A DNA stretch of 64,000 nt, from NCBI GenBank assembly GCA_026129905.1, contig JAHCHE010000013.1, positions 101,475 through 165,474 on the forward strand, written 5' to 3'. Positions 10,491-18,431 of this stretch are shown here, in pieces. The translations under genes were made by a program, and so were the position numbers. The notes beneath the pieces are model-generated. The model worked only from the letters and a program-made list of their open reading frames with translations, was not told the origin of the DNA and made no database searches. Origin of the DNA: Bryobacteraceae bacterium. Its GTDB lineage: Bacteria; Acidobacteriota; Terriglobia; Bryobacterales; Bryobacteraceae. Position 1 is the first letter of the stretch. Each line of letters starts with the position of its first letter.

Positions 10491-12742
10491 CGTTCGGGCC
10501 ACCGCAGATGCTTGTGCAGGAACCGGAAGGTCCCTTCGCCGTTGATCGAGTGGCCTCCATTGAAGTACTCGATCTCCGTGCGGTCCGCCAGGCCGAGCTG
10601 CGCGTACAGCCAGCGCACTTTCGCGTATTCGTGGGCCACCCACTCGTCGCGGCTCACCAGGTCGTGGTGTCCCCGCTCCGCCATGAACGGCCGCGGGATC
10701 ATCAGGTACGCCAGTTCGGCGTAATCGAACGTGTTGCCCATGTCGAAGTACGGCATCTCCCATTCGATGGTGAACATGAAGCCGAACGGCAGATCGGTAG
10801 AGGCCACCTTGCGCGTCCAGTTGTTGAAGTCGCCCGAGCAGATGGATAGCGCGTAGCCCTCCAGGACGGTCGGGACGCGCACGGCCGTCTCTCCGCCGTA
10901 GCTCAGGCCGTAGAAGCCGATCCGGTCGCCGTCGACGAACGGCAGCGTCTTGAGCCAGCGCAGGATCTGGTCGTGCTGGCTCACGATCACGGAGAACATC
11001 GACGCTTTCACCGAATTCGCCTTCCGGTCCAGCCACCGGTAGCGGTCCTCGCCGCGGTAGAGGTTGTGGGGCGCGAACACCACGAAGCCCCGGTCGGCCA
11101 GGCGCGCGCCGAAGTTGTTGTACGCCGTCTTGTCGCCTTCGATGACGTCCGCGGGGACGCCCTGCCGTCCGTGCTGGCAGACCACCACCGGGCGGCGCTC
11201 CCCCGGCGCAACGTTCTTGGGAACCAGCAGGACGCCCCAGGCGATCGTCTCCGGCCACACGTCCAGTACCACGTCGTAGCCGGCCCATTTCGGATTGTCG
11301 TAGATCTTGCGCGTGCGGGCGTTGGGCGGAAGCAGCGGCTCGTCGAACTGGCCGAGCACCTCCTCGCGCAGGTAGTCCCGATACCAGCGCGCGCTTTCGA
11401 CAAACGGCTGCGCCTGAACCGTTTCGTGCCGGCGCAGCGTGCTCCATTTTTGGTCGGTGAAGCGCGGCAGCGCCTTGTCAAGGAAAAAGCGCCGGCGAAC
11501 GTGCTCGGAGACGCGCACAAGGTTCTGGACGTGCGCCTCCAGTTCCTTCACCTGGCGCCGCTGCCGCGCCGCCGGATCGAACGTCTTCCTACGGTCCTCG
11601 AAGACGCCGGCGTCGCGCGGCGCCAGCTCCCGCACACCGGCCATTCGCAGCAAAGCCCGTAAAGCAGTGTCGGACCACGGCGCTGGCGACGCCACGAATT
11701 CCCTCCTCTGGAACCCGGGCTTCAGCAAACCTTCGATGCGGGCGTACTCCGCCCGGGCAGCGTCAACGGCGGGAGTCGTGATGTCCCCTTTGTGCCCCTG
11801 AACTTCGGGCGCCTGCGTATGCTCCACTACAAGTCCCCGCGGCGCGATAAGGGTCGCCAGTTCGGCGTCGCCGAACTCCCGCAGCAGCCCCCAGACATTG
11901 CGGTAGATCGGCTCCGACCAGACCCGGTCGCGAGGACCGAAATAGCCGCTCACCAGCGCCGCGTCAATGCGCGTGTCCGCCGCCGCGGCGTAAAAGGCGA
12001 CCAGCCCGCCCTCCCCGTATCCAGCGACCAGGACTTTCGCCTCCGGATCCCGTGACTTGAACCAGTCGACCGCAGCCAACGCCTTCTGCGCTTCATAACC
12101 GATAACGTGGCGGCCCATGTGAAACGCCTGCCGGTAGATCCACTCGCGATGCGGCTGGTCCGTCATGCGGATGTCCGGGTTGCCGGACCATCGCGCGGTC
12201 CGGTCCACCAAGGCCGGGACGAGCACCTCGCAGCCGCTCGCCGCCAGCCGGCCCGCCACCGTTCCCGCGATCTCCTCCGGGGTCTGGTCCGCGTCCGGAA
12301 GCAGGATTACGTAGGCGGCCGGCGGGGTCTTCGGGCGAAAGAGCAGGCCCTCGCCGTTGACGGCTTCCAGAACCGGCCACCGCGACTGGTAGGCGCGGTA
12401 CGCCGCCGTTTCCGCCGCCAACGCCGGATTGTCGTCGTCGCCGAAGAACTCCATCGCCGGGGCACGACGCGAATCCACCGCGCCGATGACTTTGCGGAAG
12501 CGATCGCGGTTGGCCGCCACCGACGCTTCGTAAGCGGCGCGTGAGGACAGATCGCGACGCCACCAGCGGGAGCGCCCGCCTGCCGACTCGGCGATCTTCC
12601 GTTCGACGAACCGGTGGGCCCCGTCCATCAGCATCACGTCCAGGGCGCCCTCTTCCCCCAGCGGCCGCGTACCCGGCAGTGGCTCCACCGCCGCCCCAGG
12701 GACGCTCACCAGCGCAAGCCACAAAGGTATCGTGAATCGCAT
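10487..12742 (-). CDS. Secreted tandem alpha/beta-hydrolase-fold protein (esterase/peptidase-like, two GxSxG nucleophile elbows)
   Basis: 751 aa with signal peptide (MRFTIPLWLALVSVPGAAV). Contains 'VAGYGEGG' and 'GLSYGG' nucleophile-elbow motifs in two hydrolase-fold halves. Confidence 0.65.
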   Translation of the reverse strand: MRFTIPLWLALVSVPGAAVEPLPGTRPLGEEGALDVMLMDGAHRFVERKIAESAGGRSRWWRRDLSSRAAYEASVAANRDRFRKVIGAVDSRRAPAMEFFGDDDNPALAAETAAYRAYQSRWPVLEAVNGEGLLFRPKTPPAAYVILLPDADQTPEEIAGTVAGRLAASGCEVLVPALVDRTARWSGNPDIRMTDQPHREWIYRQAFHMGRHVIGYEAQKALAAVDWFKSRDPEAKVLVAGYGEGGLVAFYAAAADTRIDAALVSGYFGPRDRVWSEPIYRNVWGLLREFGDAELATLIAPRGLVVEHTQAPEVQGHKGDITTPAVDAARAEYARIEGLLKPGFQRREFVASPAPWSDTALRALLRMAGVRELAPRDAGVFEDRRKTFDPAARQRRQVKELEAHVQNLVRVSEHVRRRFFLDKALPRFTDQKWSTLRRHETVQAQPFVESARWYRDYLREEVLGQFDEPLLPPNARTRKIYDNPKWAGYDVVLDVWPETIAWGVLLVPKNVAPGERRPVVVCQHGRQGVPADVIEGDKTAYNNFGARLADRGFVVFAPHNLYRGEDRYRWLDRKANSVKASMFSVIVSQHDQILRWLKTLPFVDGDRIGFYGLSYGGETAVRVPTVLEGYALSICSGDFNNWTRKVASTDLPFGFMFTIEWEMPYFDMGNTFDYAELAYLMIPRPFMAERGHHDLVSRDEWVAHEYAKVRWLYAQLGLADRTEIEYFNGGHSINGEGTFRFLHKHLRWPER

Positions 12743-12808
12743 TTTTTGGGCTCGATTGCACCCGATTATAGTTGACTTCCGCGCGCGGCGGGACTACAGA
12801 GAAGATAG

Positions 12809-13273
12809 GTGACGATTATGGTCTCATCAAAATTCGTTAACCTCATCGAGTCGCACGCCGACCGGATCGCCGACGGCGTGCTGCGGCGCCTGTCGGAGGA
12901 TCGCCGCGCCTCGCACATCGCCCGCTTGCCGCAATCCGAACTGCGCGAATCCTGCCAAAGGGTTTTGAAGAACCTCGGGCACTGGCTTACCGCGAGTTCC
13001 GAGAACGAGATCGCCCGGCACTACGAGGAGCGCGGCCGGGTGCGCGCCGTCGAAGGCGTGCCGCTCCACGAAGCGGTGCTATTCCTCTTCATTCTCAAGG
13101 AGAAGATGCTTGACTACACCCGCGACCAGGGCTTCACGCAATCCACCGTCGATCTCTACGCGGAAGAAGAACTGGAACACCAGGTGGGCCGCTTTTTCGA
13201 TTCCGCCACGTATCACCTGATCCGCGGCTACGAAAGCGCGCGAACCGGGGCCGCCGCTCAGGCCATCGCCTGA
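12809..13273 (+). CDS. Hypothetical protein (small all-helical, RsbR-N/globin-like sensor domain possible)
   Basis: 154-aa ORF with high GC3, located immediately upstream of the ECF sigma/anti-sigma pair. Confidence 0.45.
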   Translation: MTIMVSSKFVNLIESHADRIADGVLRRLSEDRRASHIARLPQSELRESCQRVLKNLGHWLTASSENEIARHYEERGRVRAVEGVPLHEAVLFLFILKEKMLDYTRDQGFTQSTVDLYAEEELEHQVGRFFDSATYHLIRGYESARTGAAAQAIA

Positions 13274-13430
13274 GGACAAGGAACATTTCGTTTCCGCCGC
13301 TCGTTCTTGATTCCAGGATGGCAACAGCTACGAGTGAGAACACGCCGCTAGCCCGCCGGACTTCACGCCTGGCGCCGCCAACCCGCATTCTCGCCGCCGT
13401 TGTTAATAACCGGATGGGAGAGACGTCTCT

Positions 13431-14012
13431 ATGACGGACGACAAGACAAGGAGCGAGACGTTGCAGGCCGCAGTCGAAATGGAGCCGATGCCCGGCGAGG
13501 TCGAATCCCTGGAAGAGATCTTCCAGCGGCATCACGGCCTGGTCTTCCGCGCGGCTTACCGCGTCACGGGAAATGCGGTAGATGCCGAAGATGTGCTTCA
13601 GACCGTCTTCCTGCGCCTGGCTCGGCGACCGCCGGAGGCCGGGAAGGTGGACGGAATGGAAAGCTATCTCTATCGCGCCGCCGTGAACTCCGCTTTGGAT
13701 GTGGTGCGGCGTCGGAGGACAACGTTGACGATGCCGCTGGAGTCGGCGGCGGCCACTGCCGAATCCAGCCTGGCCGGCAACCCGGCTCGGGCGTTTTCCG
13801 ATCGCGAAACCCGGCAATGGCTTCGCGCTGCCATCGCTCGCTTGAGTCCAACCGCCGCGGAGATGTTTGTTCTGCGGTTTTTTGAAGACAAGGAGAACCC
13901 GGAAATCGCGCGGCTCCTGGGGACGACGGTCGCCACCGTGGCCGTTACCCTGCACCGTACGCGGGAGCGCTTGCTGCGCGAGTTTCAGGCCCGTTCTGGA
14001 GGTGGACGATGA
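13431..14012 (+). CDS. ECF-family RNA polymerase sigma-70 factor
   Basis: 193 aa. Region 2 ('FQRHHGLVFRAAYRVTGNAVDAEDVLQTVFLRL') and region 4 ('EMFVLRFFEDKENPEIARLLGTTVATVAVTLHRTRERL') motifs are present. Confidence 0.85.
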   Translation: MTDDKTRSETLQAAVEMEPMPGEVESLEEIFQRHHGLVFRAAYRVTGNAVDAEDVLQTVFLRLARRPPEAGKVDGMESYLYRAAVNSALDVVRRRRTTLTMPLESAAATAESSLAGNPARAFSDRETRQWLRAAIARLSPTAAEMFVLRFFEDKENPEIARLLGTTVATVAVTLHRTRERLLREFQARSGGGR

Positions 14013-16561
14013 AGGCGAATGAGCCATCTGAAGAGATGTTCGATCGGGCGATCGAAGATATCCGAAACGAATCCGTCGACGCCGGGGCAGTAAAGGCCGC
14101 GGCCCAGCGAGCGTGGGCACGCGTCTCGCAGGCCGGCGCGTCGCTCAACAGTTGCGACGATTTCCAGGCCCTGATCCCGGACTACCGCGTGGGACGGCTG
14201 AACCAGGCCCGCATGCTGCTGGTGAAGGACCATCTGGGCGAGTGCATCGCTTGCCGCAAGGTCTACATGGGACGCGCCGAAGGTCCCCGTTCCCACGCCG
14301 CGCCCAGCCTTTCCTGGCCGCTGCGCTGGGCCATCGCCGCCGCACTGGCCATCACAGCCGGCGCTGCCGGCTGGTACATGTTCCAACAGTTCGGCGGCGG
14401 CGGGCGCGAACCGGCCGCGACGGTCGCTTATGTGAACGGGCCGTTGTACCGCCTGGCCGCCGATGAAGCCCAGCCGATCGGCGCCGGCGCCGCGATCCGC
14501 GCGGGAGAACCGATACGCGTCGGCAACGCCTCCGGCGCAACGATCCGCCTTCGCGACGGCTCGACAGTGGAAGCGCGGCAACGCTCGGACTTCTCCGTCA
14601 TTCAGACGCGCAGCGACGTGACGATCCGCCTGACCCGGGGAAGTGTTATCGTTGAGGCGGCGAAGCGCCGGAACGGCCATCTCTACGTCTCCACGCCCGA
14701 TTGCCGTGTCGCCGTCACCGGAACCGTCTTCAGCGTCAACAGCGGCGTCAAGGGCTCCCGCGTTTCGGTGATCGAAGGCGAGGTCCATGTGAACCACGGC
14801 GGACGGGAACGGATCCTCCATGCCGGCGATCAATACGCCAGCACGGCGACCTTGGCGCAAGTTCCGGTGGAGCAGGAAATCGCCTGGAGCCGCAAGGCCG
14901 ACGAGCACATCGCGCTGCTCGGCGAATTCAAGAGACTTGGCGAGGCGATGGAGCGCGCCGTCAGCCTGCCCGATGCCCGCTACGCGAGCGCGCTGCTGAA
15001 TTACCTGCCGCGCGACACCGCCATCTACGCCGCCATACCCAATCTCGCCGAATCGCTGGCCCAGGCTGAGCAGGTGTTCGAACAACGGCTCAGCGAGAGC
15101 GCCGCGCTCCGCCAGTGGTGGGAGGAAAAGAACGGCGCGGATTCCGCCAACAAGCTCCGCGAGACGATCGACGAAATCCGCCGGCTCGGCGCCTACCTGG
15201 GCGACGAAATCGTGATCGCGGCCGCCCTCGACGCCGAGGGCAAGCTCGGCGACCCCGTCATTCTGGCGGAACTGAAGCAGAGCGGCTTTGCCGAGTTTCT
15301 GCAAGCGGAAGCAGGCAAGCACGGCGGCTCGCTGCGTCTCTATGACAGCGCCGCCGACATCGCGCCCGCGGCGGGCGACCTGCTGGTGTACGCCCGGCCG
15401 AATATCGCCGCGGCTTCAACCAGCGTTGCGCTGCTGCGGACCGTAGCGGCCGCTATCGAAGGCCAGGCCGCCGGCAGCCTCGCCGGGACCCCGTTCCACG
15501 CACAGGTCGCCGAAGCCTACCGCGACGGCGTCGGCCTGCTGTTCTGCGCCGATCTTCAGCGCATCATTCCCAAAGGCGACGAAAGAGAGATGCTCGGCAA
15601 CGTCGGCGGCCTGGTGGTCAGCCAGAAGATGGTTTCCGGCAAGCCCGACACCCACGCCGTGCTGACCTTCCGCGGCAACCGCGAAGGCATAGCCTCCTGG
15701 CTGGCCGATCCGGCCCCGGTCGGCGCGCTGGACTTCGTTTCGCCCGACGCGACGGTCGCGTTCTCCTTCGTGGCGAAGGACCTGACCAAAGTGGTTGACG
15801 AACTGGCAAGCAAGGTTCCGGGCTTCACCGACGGCTTGGCCGGGGCGGAGCGGGAACTCGGCGTCAACATCCGCAACGACCTTGCGGCGTCGCTGGGCGG
15901 AGAGTTCGTCTTCGCCTGGGACGGCCCCGCGATCCCCACGCCTTCCTGGAAAGCCGTCGCCGAAGTGAACAACCCCGGCGCGCTACAGGGCGCGCTGCTG
16001 GCGATGGTGAACTCCCTCAACCAGAAGGCCGCGCAGGAAGGTAAACCGCTGCTCGAAACCTCGCAGGAAATGGTGGGCGGCCGGGCGTATTACTCGATCA
16101 CGAGCCCCGCGTTCAAGCCGTTCACCGAGATGCACTACGTCTTCATCGACGGCTACCTGGTGGCCGCCCCATCCCGGGCGCTGCTCGATAAGGCGATCCA
16201 GAACCGGGCCGCGGGCAACGTGCTGGCCTCCTCGCCGAAGTTCACGTCGCTTCTGCCCCGCGACGCGCAGCCGAACTTCTCGGCCATGGCCTATCACAAT
16301 ATGACCGCGGCGGCCGGCGCGGTGAGCGGCGCGCTCACCCCCGAGCAGCAGAAAGCCCTGGCGGAATTCGCCCAACCTACGCTCGTGATGGCCTACGCTT
16401 CCAACGACCGTATCGCGATGGCCACCGCCGGCGAAGCCTTCGCCCTCACTCCCGGTAATCTCTTCGGCCTGAAGACGCCGCTCGGCCTGTCCGGGATGCT
16501 CGAGTCGGGCAAAGGGCGCCGGGACGCAAAAGAAGCGACAAAGAAGCCGCACCGGCATTGA
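14009..16561 (+). CDS. Anti-sigma factor: zf-HC2 N-terminus, one TM helix, FecR domain and a large (~550 aa) periplasmic C-terminal domain
   Basis: Overlaps the sigma gene by 4 nt. The HxxxCxxC-like 'HLGECIACR' is followed by a TM helix 'WAIAAALAITAGAAGWYMF'. FecR-like beta segments ('TIRLTRGSVIVE...VAVTGTVFSV') follow. Confidence 0.75.
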   Translation: MKANEPSEEMFDRAIEDIRNESVDAGAVKAAAQRAWARVSQAGASLNSCDDFQALIPDYRVGRLNQARMLLVKDHLGECIACRKVYMGRAEGPRSHAAPSLSWPLRWAIAAALAITAGAAGWYMFQQFGGGGREPAATVAYVNGPLYRLAADEAQPIGAGAAIRAGEPIRVGNASGATIRLRDGSTVEARQRSDFSVIQTRSDVTIRLTRGSVIVEAAKRRNGHLYVSTPDCRVAVTGTVFSVNSGVKGSRVSVIEGEVHVNHGGRERILHAGDQYASTATLAQVPVEQEIAWSRKADEHIALLGEFKRLGEAMERAVSLPDARYASALLNYLPRDTAIYAAIPNLAESLAQAEQVFEQRLSESAALRQWWEEKNGADSANKLRETIDEIRRLGAYLGDEIVIAAALDAEGKLGDPVILAELKQSGFAEFLQAEAGKHGGSLRLYDSAADIAPAAGDLLVYARPNIAAASTSVALLRTVAAAIEGQAAGSLAGTPFHAQVAEAYRDGVGLLFCADLQRIIPKGDEREMLGNVGGLVVSQKMVSGKPDTHAVLTFRGNREGIASWLADPAPVGALDFVSPDATVAFSFVAKDLTKVVDELASKVPGFTDGLAGAERELGVNIRNDLAASLGGEFVFAWDGPAIPTPSWKAVAEVNNPGALQGALLAMVNSLNQKAAQEGKPLLETSQEMVGGRAYYSITSPAFKPFTEMHYVFIDGYLVAAPSRALLDKAIQNRAAGNVLASSPKFTSLLPRDAQPNFSAMAYHNMTAAAGAVSGALTPEQQKALAEFAQPTLVMAYASNDRIAMATAGEAFALTPGNLFGLKTPLGLSGMLESGKGRRDAKEATKKPHRH

Positions 16562-17324
16562 GCGCCAAGCCGTTGAGTACTTGACCACGGCTCCGCCGCC
16601 GCCACGTTGTACAGCCACGTTGGCGGCGCGGAGCCTTTTTGTGTTCGGCCGCGCGGTGAGAGGGTCGCCGGAGAGATGTTTTCCCGAGACTTCCGTGATC
16701 TGCGGTTCCCGTCAAGACGTCCCGGAGCTCTTTGAGAGAGGCGGACTCGCCGTTGAACTCGGCGATCAAGTGTCAACTGGCGAATACCGAGCAGCAGATT
16801 CCGAGCGATGGCGTCAGGTTTTTCATCGGGCGAAAACTCGGGCGAAAACATGGGTCCGACCGTGAGCACTTGCTTGGCTAGCTTTTCTCCAACGGCTGGA
16901 AGCTTGCACGTGCTTGACCCCAGCAACACCGTGTTACAACGCGGGTAGCGCCGCAGCAGTGTTCACGGGAACGGTCGTTGACGCTGTTGAACATCCGGCG
17001 CGGCCCGTTTCGGTGGAAACCAGTGGGCGAGGGTTTCAAAATCGATTTTGACGAAAAGAAGAACGAGAAGACGGCATGTTCATAGAGTGCCGGGCAATTT
17101 CCCCGACGCGCGACATCCCGAAAGCGCTGGCATGGATCATTGAGCCAATCATTCTAAATCCCGTCGCCCCGAAAGACCTCGTACGCGCCTCTGCCCTCTC
17201 CACACTTGCAGCATGGCCTGCGCAACGCTTGGCGAGAGCCGTAGCTCGGCGGCACGAGCCGTCCGCGGATGGGCAAGCATCACGCGCCCCGGCGCCCCCT
17301 GCTAAAATCAAGACGTAACCCCGC

Positions 17325-18431
17325 TTGCCTTTGGTGAAAACGACCTTGTGTGAACTTGCGACTGTTGCGGCGCTTGAGCTGAAATTCGGCCTCAAGTTTG
17401 ACGATCTCTACCGGCGCGAAGGCCTCCAGGTCCTCGATTCACGGTTCCTGAAGTACTTGGAGGGACTTGATCCCGCTCTGCTCCAGCGGCTCGCTGCGGC
17501 GAGGGCTCGCCCCGAGGCGCTCGCGGCCAAGGAACGCTCCGAGCTGATCCTCGCGCTCGCGCCGGTTGTCGAGAGCTTCATTGCCGAACTGTTCGGCATC
17601 GCGGACGAGCTCGAGGAACTCCGCTCCCGCCACCTCGAGCCCGAGCGGCTCTTCTTTGTCAAGCGCCAGTTCGTCCAGCGCAGCCAGTACGTGAAAACCG
17701 CCGCGCCGGAAGCCGCGCGTATCGACGGCGAAGCGCTCGCCGCCGAACTCGAGGCTCTGTTCGGCGAGCCGTTTTCCGAGGAAGCCTACGCCGCGCACGT
17801 CGCGCGCTGGCTGGAAACGGAAGCCGCCAACCGAGACAACCTGGTTCTGGCCGGCCGCTACGCCGCCTGGGCCCTCAATACGGAAGAGGGCCGTCGCATG
17901 CACATCTTCGGCGCGCTGTTCCGCTTCCCTCAGAAGATCGACATGTACAACCTGGTCCCCGCCGAAGCCATCGTTCGCAACGGCGTGGAACAGAAAGGGC
18001 TCGGCGGCGAACACTGGCGCAGCCGCGACGGCTTCCAGTTGACCGATGCCGGCATGAACCTTGTCGAAGCCCTCGACCAGGCGCGCTATTGCATCAAGTG
18101 CCACAACCAGGGCAAGGATAGCTGCTCCACCGGCCTGATCGAGAAAACCGGCGCCTTCAGACAGACGGTGTTCGGCGTCACCCTCAACGGCTGCCCGCTC
18201 GAGGAGAAAATCTCCGAGTTCCAGACGCTCAAGGAGCAGGGTCACGCCCTCGGCGCCCTCGCCGTCATCGCCATCGACAACCCCATGGCCGCCGCTACCG
18301 GGCACCGCATCTGCAACGACTGCATGAAGTCCTGCATTTACCAGAAGCAGGAGCCGGTCAACATCCCCCAGGTGGAAACCCGCACGCTGAAGGACGCGCT
18401 GGCGCTGCCCTGGGGCTTCGAGATCTACTAG
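17325..18431 (+). CDS. N-terminal part of a large GltD/NfnB-like oxidoreductase (unknown ~260-aa domain + [Fe-S] Cys cluster region), ended by in-frame TAG
   Basis: 'CIKCHNQGKDSC...NGCPLEEKI...ICNDCMKSCIYQ' resembles the Fe-S region of glutamate-synthase small-subunit-like proteins. The ORF ends at TAG 18429..18431, yet homology continues in the same frame downstream. Confidence 0.6.
   Translation: MPLVKTTLCELATVAALELKFGLKFDDLYRREGLQVLDSRFLKYLEGLDPALLQRLAAARARPEALAAKERSELILALAPVVESFIAELFGIADELEELRSRHLEPERLFFVKRQFVQRSQYVKTAAPEAARIDGEALAAELEALFGEPFSEEAYAAHVARWLETEAANRDNLVLAGRYAAWALNTEEGRRMHIFGALFRFPQKIDMYNLVPAEAIVRNGVEQKGLGGEHWRSRDGFQLTDAGMNLVEALDQARYCIKCHNQGKDSCSTGLIEKTGAFRQTVFGVTLNGCPLEEKISEFQTLKEQGHALGALAVIAIDNPMAAATGHRICNDCMKSCIYQKQEPVNIPQVETRTLKDALALPWGFEIY

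Noticed and set aside
9888-11447. 519-aa extended ORF for tag
   Set aside because: The N-terminal 320 residues are Arg/Gly/Ala low-complexity and overlap the real upstream hydrolase gene in another frame. The true tag starts at the ATGA overlap at 10490.
18429-18431. In-frame TAG as pyrrolysine
   Set aside because: No pyl genes are seen in the window and they are not expected in this lineage. Nonsense mutation or sequencing error is more parsimonious.
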